From: an uncultured Actinomycetota bacterium
GTDB lineage: Bacteria > Actinomycetota > Actinomycetes > Mycobacteriales > Mycobacteriaceae
Assembly (NCBI GenBank): GCA_963840045.1
Contig: CAWIXL010000027.1
Location: 146,888-178,887, forward strand
DNA length: 32,000 bases
Direction of reading: 5' to 3'
In this document: in pieces, positions 1-7,723 of the stretch
How positions within the stretch are numbered: the first letter of the stretch is position 1
Layout: each line of letters starts with the position of its first letter
The notes under the pieces: generated by a model
Databases searched by the model: none
Seen by the model: the letters and a program-made list of their open reading frames with translations, nothing else
What the model was told of the DNA's origin: nothing
Made by a program: the position numbers and the translations under genes

Positions 1-279
1 GCTGTCAGCACACGCGGCGAAGTGCGGCTGGAGCCCGCTGGCACTGGCTGGCGCTGGCTGGCCTCAGCGCTGTGGAGTGAGATCCTGCTCGGCCAGCAGA
101 ACGGCACCTTTCGACGGATCAAGCAATGCCACAACCACAGCTGCGGGTCGACGTTCTACGACCGCTCGAAAAACAACAGCGGAGTGTGGCACGACGTGAA
201 GACGTGCGGCAACGCCGCAAATCTGCGCGCCTCACGGGCCCGTCGGCGCGAACGCGACCGCGCAGCGCAAAACGGGTAG
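1..279 (+). CDS. CGNR zinc-finger domain protein, C-terminal part (5' end lies outside the window)
   Basis: Frame 1 is open from nt 1. The translation ends ...RRIKQCHNHSCGSTFYDRSKNNSGVWHDVKTCGNAANLRASRARRRER, matching the C-x2-C ... C-G-N-R/A pattern of CGNR zinc fingers. Stop at 277-279. Confidence 0.7.
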   Translation, partial: AVSTRGEVRLEPAGTGWRWLASALWSEILLGQQNGTFRRIKQCHNHSCGSTFYDRSKNNSGVWHDVKTCGNAANLRASRARRRERDRAAQNG

Positions 280-622
280 GTCAGCTCAGCAGCGCTCGGC
301 GCCTCTGTGCATGACCCGTGGTCCGGCTTCCATGGGACGGTGCCGGCGCCTCACCACTGCGTGGAACGAGTCGCAGGTGCGCGTCTTGATCGGGGCGATC
401 ACATCGGGGTTGGTAGGGCTCTGGCTGATCCAGTCGTCTAGTAGTGGCACAGCTCTTTCCTTAATCGATTCGGCCGCGGAGGATGGCCTTACTGCATTTG
501 ACCGCATCTCGCTTTACAACGGCGCCGCGCCGGAGTAAACGGCACGCAAAGCAGTTTTGTGATGTACGACACGATCCCGGTACGAGTGTGATCGGGACCT
601 CAGCAACCCCGCGCTGCGGACG

Positions 623-1111
623 TCAGCGCTTTGCCATGCGCGCCGTCGCGGCTGTGAGCGCAACGTCGTGTCCTGCGGTGCAACGGACCTGCGGGACGAT
701 AGGTGCGCCGCACCCTTCATGGACAAGTTCCATGGCACTGGACTCGCCCTGCAAGAGCCTGCCGAACTCGATCAAACTGACGAGCACCGGAAACAGTTCA
801 CGGCCGCGCTCGGTGAGCACATACTCGGCGCGTGTCCGCTGGCCGGGCTCCTGATATGGCTGCCTGGCCAGCAACCCGGCGTCGACAAGCTGCCGCAGAC
901 GCTTCGCGGCGATCTGTTCGGTCACGCCGGCCCGGCGCGCCAGATCGTCGAAACGTCTTCCACCCCAGAAAGCCTCGCGGAGTAGAACCATGGCCGAATG
1001 AGTGCCGATCAGTTTCAGGGCGCGCTCCATCGGACACCAATCGGCAACAGCCCAGCGATCCCGGTCTGCCAGTGCACCCGAGAGGTTCATGACCTCGGAA
1101 ACCTCGCTCAC
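623..1111 (-). CDS. HxlR-family winged-helix transcriptional regulator
   Basis: 162-aa ORF with the HxlR signature ...CPMERALKLIGTHSAMVLLREAFWGGRRFDDLARRAGVTEQIAAKRLRQLVDAGLLARQPY...YVLTERGREL. Start is either GTG 1111 or ATG 1090. It lies 9 nt downstream of the thioesterase stop, so probably in the same operon. Confidence 0.85.
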   Translation of the reverse strand: MSEVSEVMNLSGALADRDRWAVADWCPMERALKLIGTHSAMVLLREAFWGGRRFDDLARRAGVTEQIAAKRLRQLVDAGLLARQPYQEPGQRTRAEYVLTERGRELFPVLVSLIEFGRLLQGESSAMELVHEGCGAPIVPQVRCTAGHDVALTAATARMAKR

Positions 1112-1120
1112 CTGTGTGAC

Positions 1121-1636
1121 TTACGGATTCAAAATGAGGCAGTTGCTAGTCGCGGTCGCCAACAGCTTGCCGGTGCGACTGGTCAGTACCGCCTCGGCGA
1201 GCGCGGTACGCCTGCCCAGGTGGGTGACGCTTCCGGTGCATCTGACCGGTCCGGTGTCGACGTCGATCCGCCCGATGAACCGAACTGACAGATCGAGGCT
1301 GGTGTAGCCGACCCCGGCGGGCAGCAGGGTATGAACGGCGCACGCCGCAGCCGAATCCAGCAGGGTGCTGTACACGCCGCCGTGGACGGATCCGATGGGG
1401 TTGTAGTGAAATTCTGACGGCGTCATCGTGAAGACCACCTGACCCGCTTCGACCGATTCCAGTCGGGCACCCAGTGTGCGCATTATCGGCGGCTGCGGTA
1501 GCTCCCCGGCGACCATTGCCTGCAGAAACTCCAGGCCGCTGCGACCGCGGGCCGCACGCGCCGTGATGTCGGGATCTGCCCACTCGAAAGTGCGGGTTCG
1601 TTCGACGTCCACTGTTTCGCAAACTACCTCGGTCAT
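1121..1636 (-). CDS. PaaI/hotdog-fold thioesterase
   Basis: Translation contains ...NPIGSVHGGVYSTLLDSAAACAV...YTSLDLSVRFIGR...GRRTALAEAVL..., typical of the PaaI thioesterase family. I place the start at ATG 1636 (MTEVVCE...), preceded by GAAGGTGAGGG. The track ORF extends to 1684. Confidence 0.8.
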   Translation of the reverse strand: MTEVVCETVDVERTRTFEWADPDITARAARGRSGLEFLQAMVAGELPQPPIMRTLGARLESVEAGQVVFTMTPSEFHYNPIGSVHGGVYSTLLDSAAACAVHTLLPAGVGYTSLDLSVRFIGRIDVDTGPVRCTGSVTHLGRRTALAEAVLTSRTGKLLATATSNCLILNP

Positions 1637-1747
1637 GCAGCCCTCACCTTCCGTCTGGGGTGCCATACCTGCACTTATTCCCATCGTCAGCGCTGACTAA
1701 ATTGAAGTCAAGCCAGATAAGGTGTTGGCTCGGTCACGTCAACGTGG

Positions 1748-2512
1748 TCAGCTGGTCATCGCCGCGCGCTCGACGTCGAGGAGCTGCTCGCCGCGCCGCT
1801 CCTCGTCGTAGGCTTTGCGGCCACCGCGCAAGCCGAACAGTCGTTTCGAGATCAGCAGATAGATCACGGCGGCCACGTTGATGGTGAAGGTCACCAGGCG
1901 GGTCATCGTGATGCCCTTCGCCAGGTCATGGATCTCCAGCGGCAGGAACACCGACGTGGCGATCACCGCGAAGTACTCGCCCCAGCGTTTCAGTAACCAC
2001 AGGCCGACGCCTTCGACGACCTCCAGCAGTGCGTACGCCGCCAGCATCAACGTCAGCAGGGCCAACGTGGACGGCCTGGCGGCCAGCGCCTTTTCCAGCT
2101 CGTGCACGATCGTCATCTGATCGACCTTGAACCCGGCGGCGCGAAAGATCGGCAGGTCGCGGTCGAGGGTGGCCTGAATGGACCCACGAGCGCCGCGAAA
2201 CTTCCACACCGCATACGCCGCGAGTGCGATCACCACCGCCCGGAAGATGCGTTCTGCGGCCAGCGCACGAATGATGATGGCCTGGCGTAGCGCCTTGCCG
2301 CGCATGATCATCGGTGCGTCTTCGGCGTGGCCGCGGCCATGTGGCTCGCCGAGAACGAACTCTCCGCAGCGCAGGCACCGCCATACTTGGCCGAGCCCGG
2401 TCTTGCCGCTGAGACGCTCGGCGAGGTTCTCCTCATCGGGCGCGTAGGTGTCGTGCCCGGCGAGGGCGCAGGTAACCAACTCCCACCGGTTGCTGCCGCG
2501 ATCTTTCCGCAT
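1748..2512 (-). CDS. DUF2127-like integral membrane protein with an N-terminal Cys/His zinc-ribbon-like segment
   Basis: 254-aa ORF. N-terminus is ...CALAGHD...WRCLRCGEFV, followed by several hydrophobic helices (AVVIALAAYAVWKF, LALLTLMLAAYALLEVVEGVGLWLL, FAVIATSVFLPLEI, VTFTINVAAVIYLLI). The family name is from memory of similar actinobacterial proteins. Confidence 0.65.
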   Translation of the reverse strand: MRKDRGSNRWELVTCALAGHDTYAPDEENLAERLSGKTGLGQVWRCLRCGEFVLGEPHGRGHAEDAPMIMRGKALRQAIIIRALAAERIFRAVVIALAAYAVWKFRGARGSIQATLDRDLPIFRAAGFKVDQMTIVHELEKALAARPSTLALLTLMLAAYALLEVVEGVGLWLLKRWGEYFAVIATSVFLPLEIHDLAKGITMTRLVTFTINVAAVIYLLISKRLFGLRGGRKAYDEERRGEQLLDVERAAMTS

Positions 2513-2594
2513 GGCCGATCATTGAATGCGAGGCACCACGCAAGAGGACGCGCGCGGCGGCGGTCGTCGAACCAGTCAGAACAGTCAGAACTGG

Positions 2595-4001
2595 TCAGAA
2601 TCGAAGCCTGCTGCGGGCGCGTTGCGGGTTGGGATTCGCCGCGCCGAGCAGACCGGTCAGTTCGGCGACCGGGATCTCGTCGAGGTGTTCGACCGCGGCG
2701 ATGATGTCGGCACGCAAGCCTTCGTCGCAGAAGGGTTCGGCAAGCCAGTGGAACTTGTCCACGACACGTGCCCAGGACAGCGGCCGGGTGGGTGAACCCT
2801 CGTAATCGGACTCCTCGCGGCTGAATGTCCGTCCGTCTCGGGTGACCACATGCACACGGGCCGCGGTGCGCTGCGGATAGTCCGCAGTCAGGTCTGCCGC
2901 GGGCGTGACCTCGACCCGTGCCAACAGCTCCTGGACATCACTGCGCCGGACCCGTTCGGTCTCCAGCTGTTCGGGGCCCACCGCGCCGTCGAGCAATGCG
3001 ACCGCGCTCAGGTACTTGAGGTTGTAGTCGGCCTGCTCCTTGGTCCAGGGATGACCCTTGTCGCCGTAGGCTCCCCCACCCGCGAAGTCATAGGCGCCCT
3101 GAAATACCTCCAGGCTCACCCGCGCAACGTCGTCGCCACTCAAATCGTTGTCGCTGCGGATGTTCAATACCGCGTCAATGATGGCCTGCCCGTGGATAAG
3201 TGAGCAGTACTGCTTGAGGTAGGTCTGCTCGACGGAGGTCAATCCGCGTTCAGCGGTGTGGAAATCGATCGGCTGATTGAAGAGCTGCACCAACCCGTGC
3301 GGGCCCTCGAAGAGCGACTTGGGTCCGGTGACTCCACGGCCCGCCAACATCGTCGTGTAAACGGCGCGCATTCCGGTAATGGCCGGCGAGATGCCCTTCC
3401 ACTGGGAAACCGGTTCGGCGTGCACCCCGGCGAGGGACACATTGTCTGCGGTGGAGGCGGCGATGGCGTTCGCGGTGTGCTCGGCGTCTAAGCCGAGCAG
3501 CTTCGCCGACCCAGCGGCCGCCGACATCGCCAGCTGCAGTGCGTGATTGAGCCCCCGCGCCATGACGGGGACCTGCGCGCTGAACCGGCATTGGACCTCG
3601 TAGGCGACCGCAAGGGCCAGCAGGAAATCCGCTCCGCCGGCGTTGACATGCTCGGCTACGGCCAGCACCGCGCCGAAGTTGTCCGCGGGGTGGCACAGTC
3701 CACCCGGCGTCAGATACGTGTCGAGCAGATCGGGGTAGCGCACCAGCACCGCGTTGAAGAACGCCGCCTGATCCACCGACGCTCGTCCACCGCCGACGAG
3801 CGTTGCCGTGGGACGGCCACTGAACTGCTCAGTGTGCTCGCGGAGCGCGGCAATGAGCTCACCGTCCAGTGAACCGATGGCACACGCAACGCTGTCAAGC
3901 ACGTTGCGTTTCAACAGTGCCCGGGATCGCCCGGCCAGATCCGACGGCCCGGCGCCGACCACGAAGTCGGCGAGGTCGTCTACAACATAGTTGTGCGCCA
4001 T
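2595..4001 (-). CDS. MmgE/PrpD family protein (2-methylcitrate dehydratase-like)
   Basis: About 468 aa with PrpD-family features (LADFVVG..., ...LDSVACAIGS..., ...CHPADNFGAVLAVAE..., ...ISPAITGMRAVYTT...). ATG 4001 lies 4 nt after the IclR stop. An alternative ATG at 4037 would overlap the IclR gene by 32 nt. Confidence 0.85.
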   Translation of the reverse strand: MAHNYVVDDLADFVVGAGPSDLAGRSRALLKRNVLDSVACAIGSLDGELIAALREHTEQFSGRPTATLVGGGRASVDQAAFFNAVLVRYPDLLDTYLTPGGLCHPADNFGAVLAVAEHVNAGGADFLLALAVAYEVQCRFSAQVPVMARGLNHALQLAMSAAAGSAKLLGLDAEHTANAIAASTADNVSLAGVHAEPVSQWKGISPAITGMRAVYTTMLAGRGVTGPKSLFEGPHGLVQLFNQPIDFHTAERGLTSVEQTYLKQYCSLIHGQAIIDAVLNIRSDNDLSGDDVARVSLEVFQGAYDFAGGGAYGDKGHPWTKEQADYNLKYLSAVALLDGAVGPEQLETERVRRSDVQELLARVEVTPAADLTADYPQRTAARVHVVTRDGRTFSREESDYEGSPTRPLSWARVVDKFHWLAEPFCDEGLRADIIAAVEHLDEIPVAELTGLLGAANPNPQRARSRLRF

Positions 4002-4005
4002 GACT

Positions 4006-4915
4006 TCAGCTGACGTGAGCCACGGAATTCGGAGCATCGGGATGATGCCGAGATTTGGTGATTGCCGCTGTTTCCTCGGTGAGTCGGTTTCCGATGGTGC
4101 GGATCTGCTTTGCGCTGAGCGTACACAGCGGATGCACGGCCACGATCAGGGCAACCTGCTGACGACGGTCGAAAACCGGTGCGGCGATGGTCACCACGGG
4201 CTGCTTCCTGCGACCGGGGTTGTCGTCGGAGAGGAACCCGATAGTGGTGAACTCGGCGAGCAGCTGGTCCATGATGTGCCGCACCGGGGTGGGCATTTCG
4301 TCGCTGTCCAGCGTGCCGACCAACTGCGCGGCCTGCGCCAACGCGGGCGTTGTCCAGTCGACGTCGAATCCGCGCCGGCGAGTGTGCGCCAACACGTATT
4401 CGAGACGGTGCGCGCGGTCGGCATTGCTCCCCGCACCCCGACGGATCCACGCACGTTGCCCCTCGTCGGTGTCCCAGGCTGCGAATGCGACGCCGAACGG
4501 CGGGGCATAGGGGATGCGATCGCCGGGTATTCCCGACGGCGCGGTGACCGGCTCACCCTCGAAGGCCGTGATCACCAGCGAGTCACCGAATCGCTCGACC
4601 ACAGAGCCGGCGTAGCCAACCTCGCTGGAAAGTCGCAGCGCCGCAGCACGAGCCTGCGTGCGCAAGCGGCCGAGCGGTGTCGGTGCGCGCGGCCACCACA
4701 GCCAGCGCGGGGCCGAGCGTAAAAGTCTTGGCCACCGGGTCGCGGCTGGCCCAGCCACGGTCACACAGCGTCTTCAGGATGGCATGTGCGGTCGCCTGGG
4801 TGAGGCCGAGTTCGCGCACTATGTCGGAGAATCGCAGCTGCCTATTTCCCGCGCGGGCCAGCAGCTCGACGACGTCGAGAGCCCGGGCGGTAGGCGCCGA
4901 GGGCGATCCGCGAAT
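4006..4915 (-). pseudogene. IclR-family transcriptional regulator with an interrupted reading frame and no canonical start
   Basis: The N-terminal wHTH (ARALDVVELLARAGNRQLRFSDIVRELGLTQATAHAILKTLCDRGWASRDPVAKTFTLGPALAVVAARTD) is in one minus frame. The effector domain (RLRTQARAAALRLSSEVGYAGSVVERFGDSLVITAFEG... to the stop at 4006) is in the next frame. The switch lies around 4645-4680. In the HTH frame there is no ATG, GTG or TTG between the TAA at 4925-4927 and GTG 4819, which sits inside the HTH. Confidence 0.65.
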
Positions 4916-4959
4916 GACTTGACTCCTTTACGCCGGGGTTCTTAGAGTGATTTCCGAAC

Positions 4960-4988
4960 ATTCGAGAGTATATATCGACTATTCGAGA
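4960..4988. promoter_or_regulatory. Candidate operator/promoter: ATTCGAGA direct repeat (21-bp period) flanking a TATATAT core in the IclR / dehydrogenase divergent intergenic region
   Basis: The sequence cATTCGAGAgtatatatcgactATTCGAGAag has 8-nt repeats at 4960-4967 and 4981-4988. On the minus strand TATACT sits 5 nt upstream of ATG 4961. Confidence 0.3.
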
Positions 4989-5010
4989 AGTCACATGCGG
5001 AGTTGATGCA

Positions 5011-6084
5011 TTGCGCGCTGTGGTGTTGCGAGGCGGTCGGCTACAGGTCCGCGACATACCGGACCCGGCCCCCGGGCCGGGTGAGCTGTTGCTAAGGACG
5101 CTGAGCACCGCGATCTGCGCGTCGGATGTGCACTTCATGGATCACCCGGATCTCGGTATCGACGATCCGACCGGTCGCTCGCTGTATGACCCGGACCGCG
5201 ATATCGTGCTCGGCCACGAATTCGTTGGCGAAGTCGTAGGTCATGGGCCCGGCTGCACGGACCAGTTCGCCGTCGGGTCGCGGGTGACGGCAATGCCGGT
5301 GCGCCTGGTCGACGGCGGCGCCGGCGGCGTGCGGATCATCGGTCAGCACCCCGAAGCACAGGGCAGTTTCGGTGAGCTGCTTGTGGTTTCGGAGGTGGCG
5401 GCCAAGCCGGTCACCGGTGACGTCCCCAGCGATGCCGCCGCGTTGACCGATGCGTTCGCCGTCGGCGAGTTCTATGTCCGCTCGGCGCAGATCCATCCGG
5501 GTGAGATCGCGATCGTCATCGGCGCGGGGGCGATCGGTCTTTCGGCCGTCGCCGCCTTGGCCAGCCGCGGCATCGAGCCGATTATCGTGGCGGACTACAA
5601 GTCCGACCGCCGCGAGTTGGCGCGTGATTGCTTCGGCGCGCATGTCGTGGTCGATCCCGGCGAGAAGTCGGCGTTCGACGCGTTTCGGGAGGTACGCGCC
5701 GCTCGTGGGTTGCCTGGCCCCGCAGTCGTGTTCGAGTGCGTCGGCGCCGCCGGCCTCATCCAGAACATCGTCGAGTCCGCCGAGATGGCCACCCGGATCT
5801 ACTGCGCGGGGGGCTGGTACACCGGCGACACGCTGGACATCACCACCGCCACTCGTCAAGGCGTCACAATCCAATTCGGCGGCGGACCACACCCACAGGA
5901 CTGGTACGGCACCCTCGATGCCATCGCGTCGGGTCGACTGGATCCGCTGCCCAGCATCGGCAAGGTCATCACCCTCGACGAAGTGCCGGATGCCCTCGAC
6001 CTCGCCCGCAGGTCCGAGGGGCCGCCCCGGATCGTGGTCCATCCGAACGGAGACCCAGATGGAGGCGGGCATGACCGAACGTGA
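5011..6084 (+). CDS. Zinc-dependent medium-chain (MDR) alcohol dehydrogenase/oxidoreductase
   Basis: 357 aa with ...ICASDVHF..., GHEFVGEVV and the Rossmann motif VIGAGAIGLSAV. TTG start at 5011, 8 nt after GGAG (4999-5002). The 3' end overlaps the next gene by 14 nt. Confidence 0.85.
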   Translation: MRAVVLRGGRLQVRDIPDPAPGPGELLLRTLSTAICASDVHFMDHPDLGIDDPTGRSLYDPDRDIVLGHEFVGEVVGHGPGCTDQFAVGSRVTAMPVRLVDGGAGGVRIIGQHPEAQGSFGELLVVSEVAAKPVTGDVPSDAAALTDAFAVGEFYVRSAQIHPGEIAIVIGAGAIGLSAVAALASRGIEPIIVADYKSDRRELARDCFGAHVVVDPGEKSAFDAFREVRAARGLPGPAVVFECVGAAGLIQNIVESAEMATRIYCAGGWYTGDTLDITTATRQGVTIQFGGGPHPQDWYGTLDAIASGRLDPLPSIGKVITLDEVPDALDLARRSEGPPRIVVHPNGDPDGGGHDRT

Positions 6085-6478
6085 AGACCGTCAGGACATT
6101 TCCGAGGTGCTGGTGCGCTATGCCACCGGGATCGACCGGCGCGACTGGCCGCTGTTTCGCACCGTGTTCACCGACGACTGCGAACTCGACTATGGCGAGA
6201 TCGGCGCGTGGAGCGGCGTCGACGCCGTCACGGACTTCATGGAGCAGGTACACGCGATGGCCGGCCACACGTTGCACCGGCTGAGCAACCAGGTCATCAC
6301 GGTAGACGGCGACACGGCGACCGCCCGTACCTACATCGACGCCCTGATCATGGCCGCCGACAACACTTCCGGCGTTAACGGGATCGGTTTCTACGACGAC
6401 GTGCTCGTGCGGACCGCAGACGGGTGGCGCATCGCCCGGCGCCGGTTCACCGCGGTCCGGGTAAGTCAGGTCGGCTAG
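6071..6478 (+). CDS. SnoaL-like / NTF2-fold protein
   Basis: 135 aa: MTEREDRQDISEVLVRYATGIDRRDWPLFRTVFTDDCELDYG...ARTYIDALIM...DGWRIARRRF, a typical SnoaL_4-like pattern. ATG 6071 is preceded by GGAGGCGGGC. This is the C-terminal in-frame part of track ORF 5450..6478. Confidence 0.8.
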   Translation: MTEREDRQDISEVLVRYATGIDRRDWPLFRTVFTDDCELDYGEIGAWSGVDAVTDFMEQVHAMAGHTLHRLSNQVITVDGDTATARTYIDALIMAADNTSGVNGIGFYDDVLVRTADGWRIARRRFTAVRVSQVG

Positions 6479-6479
6479 T

Positions 6480-6579
6480 GGCGATCGCAAGCGCGGCGAA
6501 GCCGGGCGCAGCGGGTCGCCACCAACGGAGGTAGGCGATCGCAAGCGCGGCGAAGCCGGGCGCAGCGGGTCGCCACCAA
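6480..6579. repeat. MIRU-like intergenic tandem repeat: two perfect 46-bp copies, 54-bp period
   Basis: GGCGATCGCAAGCGCGGCGAAGCCGGGCGCAGCGGGTCGCCACCAA occurs at 6480-6525 and 6534-6579, separated by CGGAGGTA. It lies between the TAG of the SnoaL gene and the AGGAGG/start of the SDR gene. Each unit has inverted ends (GGCGA...TCGCC) and the GCGATCGC palindrome. Confidence 0.85.
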
Positions 6580-6593
6580 TAGAGTTAGGAGGC

Positions 6594-7418
6594 GTGGTAG
6601 TGACATTCGCAGCCAAGTACGGACCCTGGGCGCTCGTCGCCGGCGCCTCGGACGGTCTGGGCGCCGCGTTCGCCGCAGGTCTGGCCGAGCGCGGCGTCAA
6701 CGTCGTGCTGCTGGCGCGGCGACAGTCGGTGCTCGACCAGGTGGCAGCAGCGATCGAGGCCCGAACTTCGGCCCAAACCCGCACTCTCGCTATGGATCTC
6801 GCGGAGCCCGGTGCGGCGTCGGCGATCGCTGCGGCCACCAGCGACCTGCAGATCGGGTTCCTCGTGTACTGCGCGGGTGCCGACCCGAACTACAAACCGT
6901 TCCTGGCCAGCCCGGTCGAAGCCGCCGAATCGATGGTGCAGCGCAACTGCGTGGTGCCGCTACAACTGTGCCACCACTTCGCCCCGGCCATGGTTGAGCG
7001 GGGCAGCGGCGGGATTGTCATCTTCGGATCCGGCGCCGGATTAGCCGGCGGAGCCAACATGGTCGCCTACGGCGCCTCCAAGGCATTCGACATGGTGTTT
7101 GCCGAGGCGCTATGGGCCGAATTACACGACAAAGGGGTTGACGTGGTGGGCCTCATCCTGGGCAAGACCGACACGCCCGCCCTACGACAACTCGAACACA
7201 GCCGCGGCCAGATCAGTTCGGCCGACGACCTGCCGCCGGGCGCCGCCACGGTGGACGACGTGATCGCGGAGGCCTTCGAGAACCTCACCAATGGCCCGAC
7301 CTGGTTCGTCGGCGACATGATGCGCGCCGCCGAGCAACTCACAAGTTCACTGACCCGCAAACAAACCGTCGAACTTTTCGCGCAAGCCGCCGCCGCCGCT
7401 ATGGGTCCCCCCGGTTAA
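6594..7418 (+). CDS. Short-chain dehydrogenase/reductase (SDR) family oxidoreductase
   Basis: The translation has ALVAGASDGLGAAFA (TGxxxGxG-like) and YGASKAF (YxxxK). AGGAGG lies at 6587-6592, so GTG 6600 is a better-spaced start than GTG 6594. Confidence 0.85.
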   Translation: MVVTFAAKYGPWALVAGASDGLGAAFAAGLAERGVNVVLLARRQSVLDQVAAAIEARTSAQTRTLAMDLAEPGAASAIAAATSDLQIGFLVYCAGADPNYKPFLASPVEAAESMVQRNCVVPLQLCHHFAPAMVERGSGGIVIFGSGAGLAGGANMVAYGASKAFDMVFAEALWAELHDKGVDVVGLILGKTDTPALRQLEHSRGQISSADDLPPGAATVDDVIAEAFENLTNGPTWFVGDMMRAAEQLTSSLTRKQTVELFAQAAAAAMGPPG

Positions 7419-7723
7419 TGACGGGTGCACACCAGGTAATCAGTACGGAACCTCGGACTCCCGTAGTGCGTCGTAATGGATACCGATGTCCCGCGCAGCG
7501 GGCAGGTTTGCCAAAGTTAAAAATTAGGTCGGCCTAACTCTTAGGATTGCATGGTCTGGCCAGCAAATACAGGATGGTGCATGTCACCATCTGTCAAATT
7601 CGTAACGTTGCTGGGTGATGGCTCAGCGGGTAGGTTTGAGTAGCAGTGCGCCACGGCCGCGAATCGACGCCGCCACCGATAAGCCCCGGATAGTCGGACC
7701 CCTCCTTGAGTTGAAGGATCGCG

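Noticed and set aside
286-538. Small ORFs 286..507(-) and 311..538(+) between the CGNR and HxlR genes
   Set aside because: The two ORFs are exact antisense-phase partners, sharing the same third-codon positions. GC3 (about 84% over 289-436) therefore shows that something is or was coding here but cannot identify the strand. Neither translation matches a family I recognise. I left this uncalled; it may be a gene remnant.
6480-6579. Possible CRISPR array
   Set aside because: There are only two repeat copies separated by 8 bp, so no spacers, and no cas genes. The structure fits a tandem MIRU/VNTR-type repeat instead.
5092-6838. Long ORFs 5092..6072(-), 5450..6070(+), 5628..6074(+) and 5969..6838(-)
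   Set aside because: These are off-frame or antisense shadows of the dehydrogenase, SnoaL and SDR genes, as is typical in high-GC DNA. The translations are Arg/Pro/Ala-rich with no recognisable motifs. The 5969..6838 product merely translates the tandem repeat (GDPLRPASPRLRSP twice).
7620-7723. Possible yybP-ykoY (Mn2+) riboswitch upstream of the cation exchanger, suggested by a GAGTAGC string
   Set aside because: Only that heptamer resembles the conserved GGGGAGUAGC loop. I could not find the partner conserved segments or the four-helix pairing.
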